From: Eubacteriales bacterium
Lineage (GTDB): Bacteria > Bacillota > Clostridia > Christensenellales > UMGS416
Assembly (NCBI GenBank): GCA_028693155.1
Contig: JAQUVY010000002.1
Span: 1-53,925, forward strand
Length of the DNA: 53,925 nucleotides
Direction: 5' to 3'
A program made the translations under genes and the position numbers. Below, in pieces: positions 41,443 through 49,429 of this stretch. The notes below the pieces were generated by a model. It saw only the letters and a list, made by a program, of their open reading frames with translations. It was not told the origin of the DNA and searched no databases. Within the stretch, counting starts at the first letter, position 1. Each line of letters opens with the position of its first letter.

Positions 41443-41699
41443 CAAAGAAGGTGACAGTATTCGTCATTATGACGAAACGCTTAAAAGTTTTACTCAATTT
41501 TTTTCAAAAAATTGCGGTTCTTAGGCGGAGCCTAAACCGTTTTCCGCAGAAAACGGAATACTTTTGCCTTGGAAGAGCTTTTTTGAAGGCGAATTTTGGC
41601 ATTTATGCAAAAAGAGGAAACTTTTTGCGAAAGAAAAAGTTTCTTTAAATCTGACCCTTTGTGCATATTTCTTTAAGAATAGGGTTCTTTGACAGTCTG

Positions 41700-41729
41700 G
41701 CGCTTGCCCCAACGGGCAAGCGCTTTTTT
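41700..41729 (+). terminator. intrinsic terminator (second copy of the hairpin core)
   Basis: GCGCTTGCCC-CAAC-GGGCAAGCGC + TTTTTT. Confidence 0.7.
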
Positions 41730-41749
41730 ATGCCGTGCGCGGCAAAGCG

Positions 41750-42544
41750 TCAGGCCTCAGTGCCGGGCGTGCTGCCCGCGCCCCGCGCCGTCAGCGCCAC
41801 GTCCATTCGGTAACGGTCGCCGCGGTAGGAGGCAAGAGAAAATTCAAAGGGGCGGTTTTCTCCTGTGCAGGCCAGTGTGGAGATGTACAAAATGGGTGCG
41901 CCGGCGGGGAGGCAAAGCAGCCCGGAAACGTAGTCGTCGGGGGCGGTGGCCTGAATCTGCCGGGACAGGTGCGTAATTTGGATGCCGCAGCGCTGCGCCA
42001 GGCAGTGATAAAGCGAATGAGTCTCCAGGTCCTCCTCCAGCACGGCGTGGCACAGCGAATAGGGGAGGAAGGTGCGCACATAAACCATGGGTTCTTCGTC
42101 GGCATAGCGCAGCCGCTCCAGCGCGATCACCCGATCGCCCGGGGGAAGCGCCAGGCTTTCCCGCACCTCGTCATAGGATTCCTCCACCTCCACGGAGAGT
42201 ACCCTTGTTCGGGGCGTCAGACCCATTCCCCGCGTTTCCTCATCGTAGGTCTGGATGGTTTGCATAAAGCTGCTGGACACCTTCGGGTGAGTGATGAAGG
42301 TACCCTTGGAGCGCGTGCGGTTCAGGTAGCCCTCCCGCGCCAGCTCGGAAAGCGCCTGACGAACCGTGGGGCGGGACACGCCGAACCCGACGCATAGCTC
42401 CTCCTCGGGAGGCAAGCAGGCACCGTCACGCAGCGTACCATCCAAGATATTTGCTTTAATAAACGTTTTGATTTGGTAATATAGCGGTATGGGAATGCTT
42501 CGATCCAAAGCAAGCAGTGTATAGGGGGTGCCCAGCATATCCAT
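41750..42544 (-). CDS. GntR-family transcriptional regulator (HutC-like, UTRA effector domain)
   Basis: PLYYQIKTFIKANILDGTLRDGACLPPEEELCVGFGVSRPTVRQALSELAREGYL. ATG at 42544 behind AGGAGA. Confidence 0.9.
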   Translation of the reverse strand: MDMLGTPYTLLALDRSIPIPLYYQIKTFIKANILDGTLRDGACLPPEEELCVGFGVSRPTVRQALSELAREGYLNRTRSKGTFITHPKVSSSFMQTIQTYDEETRGMGLTPRTRVLSVEVEESYDEVRESLALPPGDRVIALERLRYADEEPMVYVRTFLPYSLCHAVLEEDLETHSLYHCLAQRCGIQITHLSRQIQATAPDDYVSGLLCLPAGAPILYISTLACTGENRPFEFSLASYRGDRYRMDVALTARGAGSTPGTEA

Positions 42545-42593
42545 TCTCCTGTGATCCGGTGCGAAAAACATGGGGGGAGCGAGCCCCGCCATA

Positions 42594-42631
42594 TTGACAG
42601 CAACAACGGCGTATGTTATTTTGTAATTACA
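42594..42631 (+). promoter_or_regulatory. deoC promoter with a candidate GntR operator
   Basis: TTGACA, 17 nt, TATTTT. The perfect palindrome TGTAATTACA (42622-42631) overlaps the end of the -10 (one shared base) and extends downstream. Confidence 0.45.
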
Positions 42632-42660
42632 TTATAACATAAAAACGCCGGGAGGAAAAT

Positions 42661-43329
42661 ATGGAAGCCAAACAATTTGCCAAACTGTTCGATCACACCT
42701 GCCTGAAGGCGGACGCAACGCAAAAGGATATGGAGAAACTGTGCGCCGAGGCCAGGGAATACGGCTTTGCCATGGTGGCCATCAACCCCGCGCAGGTGCG
42801 GCGCTGCCGGGCGCTGCTGCAGGGGAGCGACGTTCATGTGGGCGCGGCCATCGGCTTTCCGCTGGGACAGACCACCCTTGCCTGCAAGGTTTTTGAAACG
42901 CGGGACGCCATTGAAAACGGGGCGGATGAAATCGACTATGTCGTCAACCTTACCGAGCTCAAGGAGGGGAACCTTGCCTATGTGGAGGACGAAATGCGGC
43001 AGATCGTAACCATTTGCCGAGAGCACGGCGTCATCAGCAAGGTGATCTTTGAAAACTGCTGCCTGACCGACGCGGAGAAGGAGACGCTTTGCCGCATCGC
43101 GGTTATGATCCGCCCGGACTTCGTCAAGACCTCCACCGGCTTTGGGGCCTACGGTGCCCGCGTGGAGGACGTTGCGCTCATGAAGCGCATGGTGGGCGAC
43201 GCTGTGGCCGTCAAGGCGGCTGGCGGCGTGCGGGATCTGGACACCTGCCTGAAAATGTATGAAGCAGGTGCCACGCGTATCGGCACGTCTGCGGCTGTGC
43301 GCATCTGCGAAGAATTCGCCAAGCGGTAG
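42661..43329 (+). CDS. deoC: deoxyribose-phosphate aldolase
   Basis: FDHTCLKADAT, DEIDYVVN, and FVKTSTGF (Schiff-base Lys region). Confidence 0.9.
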   Translation: MEAKQFAKLFDHTCLKADATQKDMEKLCAEAREYGFAMVAINPAQVRRCRALLQGSDVHVGAAIGFPLGQTTLACKVFETRDAIENGADEIDYVVNLTELKEGNLAYVEDEMRQIVTICREHGVISKVIFENCCLTDAEKETLCRIAVMIRPDFVKTSTGFGAYGARVEDVALMKRMVGDAVAVKAAGGVRDLDTCLKMYEAGATRIGTSAAVRICEEFAKR

Positions 43330-43343
43330 AACGGAGGGGCGCC

Positions 43344-44873
43344 ATGGAATACCTGCTAGCGCACGATTTGGGAACCTCCGGCGATAAGGCGACGCTATTT
43401 TCTGCGGATGGCCGCATGATCGCCAGCCAGACGGAGCATTATCCCACGGCCTATTCAAACGGCTCCTGGGCGGAGCAGAATCCCGAGGATTGGTGGCGCG
43501 CGGTCATCGCTACCACCCGAAAAATGCTGGAACATGTGGATCCGGCGCAGATTGCCGCCGTTTCCTTCAGCGGGCAGATGATGGGTTGTGTTTGCGTGGA
43601 TGCCCAAGGCGAGGCGGTGCGGCCGGCCGTGATCTGGGCGGATATGAGAGCGGTTGCCCAGCAGGAAACCATCGCTCGGCGCATTTCCGCGCGGGATTTT
43701 TACCATCTCACCGGGCATCGTCTCTCGCCCTCTTACGGCGGGCAAAAGCTGATGTGGATTCGGGAGAACGAGCCGGAGGCCTACCGAAAAACCGCGAAAA
43801 TGCTCAACGCCAAGGATTATGTGATCCATAAGCTGACCGGCGCTTTTGCTACCGAATATACCGACGCTTCCTCCACCTGCCTGTTGGAGCTGGATCGTTT
43901 GCAGTGGTCGGATACGCTGCTGGAGGTCATGGGCATCGAGCGACAAAAGCTGCCCGAGCTGCGCGGCTCTGCCGAGACGGCGGGCGGTGTGACGCCGCAG
44001 GCCGCGGCGCTGACCGGCTTGCTGGCGGGTACCCCGGTGGTGTGCGGCGGCGGCGACGGCGTGTGTGCGGCCATCGGCACGGGCTGCGTGGAGGAGGGCG
44101 TGGCGCACAGCAGCATGGGAACCTCGTCGTGGATCTCCATCACCAGCCGCAAGGCCATTTATGACGACGAGCAGCGCACCTTCAACTGGGCGCATATCGT
44201 GCCGGGCTATGTGCTTCCCACGGGCACCATGCAGTGCGGCGGAGGGGCATACGGGTGGTATGTGGAGAACTTTTGCCGCCATGAGGCGCAGCAGGCGCAG
44301 GCGCGCGGCCTATCCGTTTATGATGTTTTGGAGGAGCTGCTGGCGAAAAGCCCGGTTGGTAGCCGCGGGCTGCTGTTTTTGCCCTACCTTCTGGGCGAAA
44401 GGAGCCCCCGCTGGAATGCGGACGCCCGGGGAGCGTTTGTGGGGATCACCATGGAGCACGGCACGGGAGATTTCCTGCGCGCCGTGCAGGAGGGCGTGGC
44501 GATGAATCTGAAGGTCGTGCTTGATATTTTCAGAAACAGTGGCCAGCAGATTCAAGAGATGACGGTGGTGGGCGGCGGCGTCAACAGCGCCTCCTGGCAG
44601 CGTATTTTGGCCGATGTATACGATGTGAAGATCCTGCTGCCCACATGGGTGGATGAGGCCGCCTCCATGGGCGCGGCGGTCACCGCCGGGGTGGGCGTCG
44701 GCCTGTTTGACGACTTTTCCGCCTGCCGGCGTTTTTTGGAGGTGCGGCGCACCGTGGAGCCCCGACCCGAGACGGTGGAGAAATACGCCCGCCTCAGCGC
44801 GGTGTTTGAGGAGACCTACCGCGCGCTGACACCGGTGTTTTCCCAGCTGAAGGACTTTCAAAACGGAAAATAA
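43344..44873 (+). CDS. FGGY-family carbohydrate kinase (xylulokinase/glycerol-kinase-like)
   Basis: LAHDLGTSGDKATL N-terminal motif, GGGDGVCAAIG, and the C-terminal FGGY domain GGGVNSASWQRILADVY. Confidence 0.9.
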   Translation: MEYLLAHDLGTSGDKATLFSADGRMIASQTEHYPTAYSNGSWAEQNPEDWWRAVIATTRKMLEHVDPAQIAAVSFSGQMMGCVCVDAQGEAVRPAVIWADMRAVAQQETIARRISARDFYHLTGHRLSPSYGGQKLMWIRENEPEAYRKTAKMLNAKDYVIHKLTGAFATEYTDASSTCLLELDRLQWSDTLLEVMGIERQKLPELRGSAETAGGVTPQAAALTGLLAGTPVVCGGGDGVCAAIGTGCVEEGVAHSSMGTSSWISITSRKAIYDDEQRTFNWAHIVPGYVLPTGTMQCGGGAYGWYVENFCRHEAQQAQARGLSVYDVLEELLAKSPVGSRGLLFLPYLLGERSPRWNADARGAFVGITMEHGTGDFLRAVQEGVAMNLKVVLDIFRNSGQQIQEMTVVGGGVNSASWQRILADVYDVKILLPTWVDEAASMGAAVTAGVGVGLFDDFSACRRFLEVRRTVEPRPETVEKYARLSAVFEETYRALTPVFSQLKDFQNGK

Positions 44874-44889
44874 ACGTTTATATTAATTA

Positions 44890-44917
44890 AAAGCCCTCCG
44901 AAAAAACGGAGGGCTTT
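44890..44917 (+). terminator. hairpin after the FGGY kinase gene
   Basis: AAAGCCCTCCG-AAAAAA-CGGAGGGCTTT. Confidence 0.6.
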
Positions 44918-45109
44918 GCTGTGTGCCTGAAAGCATTTTGCACCGGCAAGCGGGAACTTGCTTGGGGGAGAGCAGGCTCCTCTTGCGAAGCGGCAATCCG
45001 TCCCCGTTTCAATGGATTTTCGTCCATGTATTGCCAAATTTTTTATCTGTTCGGTTGTGCTTGCGTTTTTGGCGGAAATTGATTTTGTCACGCAAATAAC
45101 ATCCCCGAT

Positions 45110-45287
45110 CGTAGGGCAAGGGCTCTGCTCTTGCCGCGCCAATCAAAGGATCCAATGAATATGATTTGGCGTTATCACGGATTTGGTAATTTTTACGTCA
45201 GGATAACGGTTTGCGATATTATTTATTTCATCTTGAACAATTCTGCCGATATGGCATAAGCGGCAAGAGCAGAGCCCTTGCCCTACG
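45110..45287. repeat. perfect 28-bp inverted repeat flanking a 122-bp AT-rich segment
   Basis: Left arm CGTAGGGCAAGGGCTCTGCTCTTGCCGC (45110-45137). The right arm (45260-45287) is its exact reverse complement. Confidence 0.9.
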
Positions 45288-45430
45288 TCAATATCACCTC
45301 ATGTTTGTTCCCGATTGTAGGTACATCTGGCCACAAAATGCCCACCGCAGCCTTTTCGTTTCGCCGATGGCATGTTTTGGCAGATCATTTGCCTCACGCT
45401 TGGGCGAGCGGGGGATTTGCACGGCGACTT

Positions 45431-45482
45431 CCAAAAATAAGAGCGGTGAAATTTGATAAAATTTCACCGCTCCTGTTTTTTT
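45431..45482. terminator. bidirectional terminator
   Basis: GAGCGGTGAAATTT-GATA-AAATTTCACCGCTC, with CTGTTTTTTT on plus and TTATTTTTGG on minus. Confidence 0.75.
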
Positions 45483-45508
45483 CGAAAGAATACCGCCCAT
45501 CAGGAAAA

Positions 45509-46468
45509 TTATCTCAGGAAGGCTTCTATGCAGCGGGCATTTGCCCGGGGGGACAGGTCGCAGCCCGTGGAGAGCACAAAGTTTGCCGCACCGGCGGCCT
45601 TTGCCCGGGCTTGGCACGCCTGAGCGGCTATCGCCTCCACGTCTTCCCCTAAGAACAGCTGCGGCTCCACGTTTCCCATGACCAGCCGGTCGGTGGGGAT
45701 GGCCGAAAGGGCAGCCGACAGATCCACCGCGCTGCCGAAGTGGAAGCCCGCCGCGGGCAGTTGGGAGATGACCGATAAATGCCGGTTTACATCGCCGCAG
45801 TTGTGGTAAATCACACGGAACGTGTCATCCTGCACGGCGGAAATGATGCGCTCCAGATAGACGTTGGAATAATCCTCGGTCATGGCGGGGGAGATCATGG
45901 AAACCGACGGCTCGGCGATCATCACAGCGTCGGCGCCGGCTTTTTTGTATTCCAGAATGTACGAAATGAGGAAATCGGTAAGTGCGGTCAAAAAGCCTTC
46001 GGCAAGCTCGGGCTCCATCATGCAGTTCACCATGAAATCCTCCGACCCGCCCAGCACGGAGCCCAGCGTATAGGGGCCGGTAACGCCCACGATCAACGGA
46101 AGTTCCAGCCGGGAAGCGGCCAGACGAACTGCCTCGATCAGCGGAGCAGTAACGGGGTTGACCGCACCGGGCGCACAAACGCGCGCCATGCTGTCGGCCT
46201 GCGCATACAGCGGCGCGCCCAGCTTGGGAAAGTCATCTTCGGGAAAGGTGCAGTCCATCCCAAAGGCCGCGGCCTCACACCACAGCTCGGTCATGCGCAC
46301 CACCGCGCTTACGGGGTATTCCCGGGCGATGGAGACCAGCAGCTCGGCCTGCGCCGAGGCATCGGTCAACAGGGTCTGCATGGGCAGACCCTTGGCGCGG
46401 GCGGCGGGATAAAACAGGCAGGGCGCGGGCAGTCCGCTTTCCCTCACCAGCGTTTGCAAACGGTTCAT
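45509..46468 (-). CDS. URO-D family protein, MtaA/CmuA-like methyltransferase
   Basis: 319 aa. Typical segments are AVVRMTELWCEAAAFG, GPYTLGS, ADAVMIAEP, IYHNCGD and STGCDL. ATG behind AGGAGG. Confidence 0.8.
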   Translation of the reverse strand: MNRLQTLVRESGLPAPCLFYPAARAKGLPMQTLLTDASAQAELLVSIAREYPVSAVVRMTELWCEAAAFGMDCTFPEDDFPKLGAPLYAQADSMARVCAPGAVNPVTAPLIEAVRLAASRLELPLIVGVTGPYTLGSVLGGSEDFMVNCMMEPELAEGFLTALTDFLISYILEYKKAGADAVMIAEPSVSMISPAMTEDYSNVYLERIISAVQDDTFRVIYHNCGDVNRHLSVISQLPAAGFHFGSAVDLSAALSAIPTDRLVMGNVEPQLFLGEDVEAIAAQACQARAKAAGAANFVLSTGCDLSPRANARCIEAFLR

Positions 46469-46477
46469 GGCTACCTC

Positions 46478-46879
46478 CTATTCGTCTTGCAGAAACTGCG
46501 CGTATTCGGTTTGCGGCGGGAAGGTAATGGCCTGCACGGGGCATTTTGGCATACAGTTGGAGCACAAAATGACGCACTGGGCAGGGTTGACGACCACCGA
46601 TTTTCCGTCCTGCATTTGGTAAACGCCGGGGGCACAAAAGTCATGGCACACGGCGCAGCCCACGCAGCCGTCGGCGTCTACCGTGGGGTGCCAGTTGATC
46701 TGCTCCCGGGGCAGCGCCAGCACCAGACGCTTGGAAAGGCTTTGGAAAGCGCTCTTCATGTCATAAGCGGTGGCAGTTTCCTTTGCCAGCAGCGCCTCCG
46801 CGTCCTCCCGCAGCTCGGCGGGCATGGAGCGGCGCAGCAAACGCCGCAAACCATTGGCATACAACTCTTTATCGATCAT
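46478..46879 (-). CDS. 4Fe-4S dicluster-domain protein (ferredoxin-like)
   Basis: CVGCAVCHDFCP-like (CVGCAVCHDFCAP) and CVILCSNCMPKCP motifs. ATG at 46879 behind AGGGGG. 10 bp upstream of the MtaA-like gene. Confidence 0.75.
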   Translation of the reverse strand: MIDKELYANGLRRLLRRSMPAELREDAEALLAKETATAYDMKSAFQSLSKRLVLALPREQINWHPTVDADGCVGCAVCHDFCAPGVYQMQDGKSVVVNPAQCVILCSNCMPKCPVQAITFPPQTEYAQFLQDE

Positions 46880-47016
46880 GGTGACCCCCTTAACAGTGAC
46901 AATAGCTGCATTGTACCCCTCGCCGCTTTTACGGGCAAGCGGCGATGTTGCCGGGCGAGAGGAGTTTCTTGTGCTTTTTGACAGAAAAAGATACAATGGC
47001 CGGGGAGGAAAGCAGC

Positions 47017-47772
47017 ATGGCAAAACTATACGAACGCAGTGAGATTTACGACCTGAGCTTTACGCCCGAGGCTAACGCGGTTTATCGGGAGCACTATCAA
47101 AAAATGCTGGGGGATAAACCCATCCGCACGGTGCTGGATTGCAGCGTGGGCACGGGAAACCTGACGCTTTGCCTGGCCGAACTGGGATATGAGGTTTCCG
47201 GCTCGGACTTAAGCGCGGATATGCTGAAGCGCTGCGCGCACAAGGCGCGGGCACGGGGCATGGAGATGCCGTTGAAGCAGTGCGACTTTCGTCAGCTGGA
47301 TGAGGCGTGGCAGGGGAGCTTTGACTGCGTGATGAGCACGGGGAATTCCCTGGCGTATGTACCCGAGGCGGAGGTGCGGCGCACGCTGCGCCAAATGGAC
47401 GCGCGGATACGCCCGGGCGGCTGGCTGTATGTGGATACCCGCAACTGGCAGCGGATCGTGGACACGCACCAGCGCTTTTATTTTTACAACCCCACCTTTT
47501 ATGGCGACACCCGGGTGGATCTGTTTCAGGTGTGGGACTATAACCCGGACGGAACGATCACGTTTCACCTGGTTTTTTCCTTTGAGCGCGAGGGCAAGGT
47601 GTTCCAGCGGGAGATCTTTGATGAGCAGTACCATCCGCTTATGCTGGAGACCTTGCTGGAGGAGCTGCGGGCCATGGGCTATGAGCAGCCGCAGATTAAG
47701 CCCTTTCCTTACCGACGGGAGAGGGACTTCCAGGACATGGAATGGTATTGCCTGATGGCGCGAAAGCCATAA
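47017..47772 (+). CDS. class I SAM-dependent methyltransferase
   Basis: VLDCSVGTGNLTLCLAELGYEVSGSDLS (motif I plus acidic post-I residue). ATG at 47017 behind GGGGAGGAAAG. Confidence 0.85.
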   Translation: MAKLYERSEIYDLSFTPEANAVYREHYQKMLGDKPIRTVLDCSVGTGNLTLCLAELGYEVSGSDLSADMLKRCAHKARARGMEMPLKQCDFRQLDEAWQGSFDCVMSTGNSLAYVPEAEVRRTLRQMDARIRPGGWLYVDTRNWQRIVDTHQRFYFYNPTFYGDTRVDLFQVWDYNPDGTITFHLVFSFEREGKVFQREIFDEQYHPLMLETLLEELRAMGYEQPQIKPFPYRRERDFQDMEWYCLMARKP

Positions 47773-47793
47773 AACAAAACGTTGTTTAAATGA

Positions 47794-47831
47794 AAAAGCA
47801 GCCCACACATTGCGTTGTGCGGGCTGCTTTT
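47794..47831. terminator. bidirectional terminator between the methyltransferase gene and serS
   Basis: AAAAGCAGCCC...GGGCTGCTTTT. Confidence 0.7.
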
Positions 47832-47840
47832 GAATATCAC

Positions 47841-49118
47841 TTAGTTTTTGGGCTCCAGCACTTCCTTGCCGCCCATCCATTTGCGCAGCACTTCGGGGAT
47901 CACCACGCTGCCATCGGCGCGCTGGTTTTGCTCCAGAATGGCGGGGAACACGCGCGAGGTTGCCAGCCCCGATCCGTTCAGCGTGTGAATGAACTCGATC
48001 TTCTTGGTGTCGGCCCGGCGGAAGCGCATCCGGCCCCGGCGCGCCTGATAGTCCATGGCGTTGGAGACCGAGCTGACTTCCTTGTACTCGTTCATCGAGG
48101 GCAGCCACACCTCAATGTCGTAGGTGGTCGCCATGGAGGCGGAGCAGTCACCCGCGGCCAGCTTGGAGAGGTGATAGTGCAGGCCGAGTCCCTGCACCAG
48201 GCCTTCGGCCTTGGCGATCAGCTCCTGCAGCGCGGCAGTCGAATCCTCCGGGCGGGTAAACTGGAACATTTCCACCTTGTTGAACTGATGTCCGCGGATC
48301 ATGCCGCGCTCGTTGGCGCGGTAGCTGCCCGCTTCGCGGCGGTAGCAGGGGGTGTAGGCGAAAAGCTTTTTGGGCAGATCGGCTTCCTCGAGGATCTCAT
48401 CGCGATAGAGGTTGACCAGCGCCGTTTCGGCGGTGGGCAGCATAAAGGTGAAGTTGTCCTCGGCCACGCGGAACACATCGTCCTTAAACTTGGGGAACTG
48501 CCCGGCGGACAGACCGCAGGCATAGTTGAGCATGTGCGGCGGCAGGATGAATTCATAGCCGTCGCTGAGGTGCGTTTCAATAAAGTAGTTGAGCAGCGCC
48601 CATTCCATCTGCGCGCCCAGCCCGGTATACAGCCAAAAGCCGTTGCCCGCCATTTTGACGCCGCGCTCGTAGTCGATCAGTCCAAGAGCGTTGGCCAGAT
48701 CCACATGGTTTTTCGGTTCAAAATCAAAAGCGGGCTTCTCGCCGAAGGTGCGGATGGCCACGTTGGCCTCCTTGCCGCCGGCAACCACGTCCTCAGCGGG
48801 CAGGTTGGGCAGGGCCAGAATGAATTCCTCCATGGAGGCGTCCAGTTCGGCGAGGCGGGCGTCCTGTTCCTTGATCTTGTCAGCCAGCTCTTTCATGGAG
48901 GCGAGCAGCGCGGTCACGTCCTGACCGGCCTTTTTCAGCTGCGGCACCTCTTTGGAGACGCGGTTGCGCTCGGCCTTGAGGGTTTCGGTGTCGCCGATGA
49001 GCTTGCGGCGCTCCTCGTCCATTTGCAAAAATGCGGTGAAGTCCACGTCGTACTCGCGCTTTTTCAACGCTGCCTTGACGAAGTCGGGATCCTTGCGGAT
49101 CAATGCGATATCCAGCAT
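47841..49118 (-). CDS. serS: serine--tRNA ligase
   Basis: MLDIALIRKDPDFV coiled-coil N-terminus, plus class II motifs (FRREAGS-like YRREAGSY, GSGLATSRV). Confidence 0.97.
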   Translation of the reverse strand: MLDIALIRKDPDFVKAALKKREYDVDFTAFLQMDEERRKLIGDTETLKAERNRVSKEVPQLKKAGQDVTALLASMKELADKIKEQDARLAELDASMEEFILALPNLPAEDVVAGGKEANVAIRTFGEKPAFDFEPKNHVDLANALGLIDYERGVKMAGNGFWLYTGLGAQMEWALLNYFIETHLSDGYEFILPPHMLNYACGLSAGQFPKFKDDVFRVAEDNFTFMLPTAETALVNLYRDEILEEADLPKKLFAYTPCYRREAGSYRANERGMIRGHQFNKVEMFQFTRPEDSTAALQELIAKAEGLVQGLGLHYHLSKLAAGDCSASMATTYDIEVWLPSMNEYKEVSSVSNAMDYQARRGRMRFRRADTKKIEFIHTLNGSGLATSRVFPAILEQNQRADGSVVIPEVLRKWMGGKEVLEPKN

Positions 49119-49400
49119 AAAAACGGTTCCTCCTTAAGCCTTGCGGCCATATCTTTTGAAGAAATAAAAAAGACGTCCCCTGGTTACAAGGGACGTCTCA
49201 AAGACGCGGTGCCACCCAAGTTCCTTCCTGCGGAAGGCGCTTGCCGGGTATTTATCGGTTCCCGAACCGCCGCGCTCCTCGCGCGGACGCTCCCCGAACG
49301 GAAAAGACGGATCGCCCGCTGCCTTGCACCGCCCGGCAGCTCTCTAAAGGGGTCGAATTCCATCGGCTTTTCGGATCTTTGCGCTTTAATCTTAACCGTT
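49119..49400 (-). promoter_or_regulatory. T-box leader (serine-specific) with terminator
   Basis: Minus strand: T-box core TTGGGTGGCACCGCG (plus 49205-49217), terminator AGACGTCCC-loop-GGGACGTCT + TTTTTT (plus 49166-49198), AGAGAG and GGTGCAA stem I motifs. Specifier loop GCGA-UCC-G, flanked by the GAAAAG/CTTTTC stem (UCC at 49311-49309). Confidence 0.85.
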
Positions 49401-49429
49401 ATCATAGCACCGGGCAGGCGGGGCGTCAA
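49401..49429 (-). promoter_or_regulatory. sigma-A promoter of the serS T-box leader
   Basis: Minus strand: TTGACG, 17 nt, TATGAT. Confidence 0.6.

Noticed and set aside
41415-41648. A 77-aa ORF inside the AT-rich block after spo0A.
   Set aside because: It starts inside the hairpin, has no RBS, and its Lys/Phe/Leu-rich composition simply mirrors the AT-rich DNA.
45012-45158. A small hydrophobic ORF (MDFRPCIAKFFICSVVLAFLA...) as a type I toxin next to the inverted repeat.
   Set aside because: There is no Shine-Dalgarno sequence, the ORF runs into the inverted-repeat arm, and the sequence gives no antitoxin RNA evidence.
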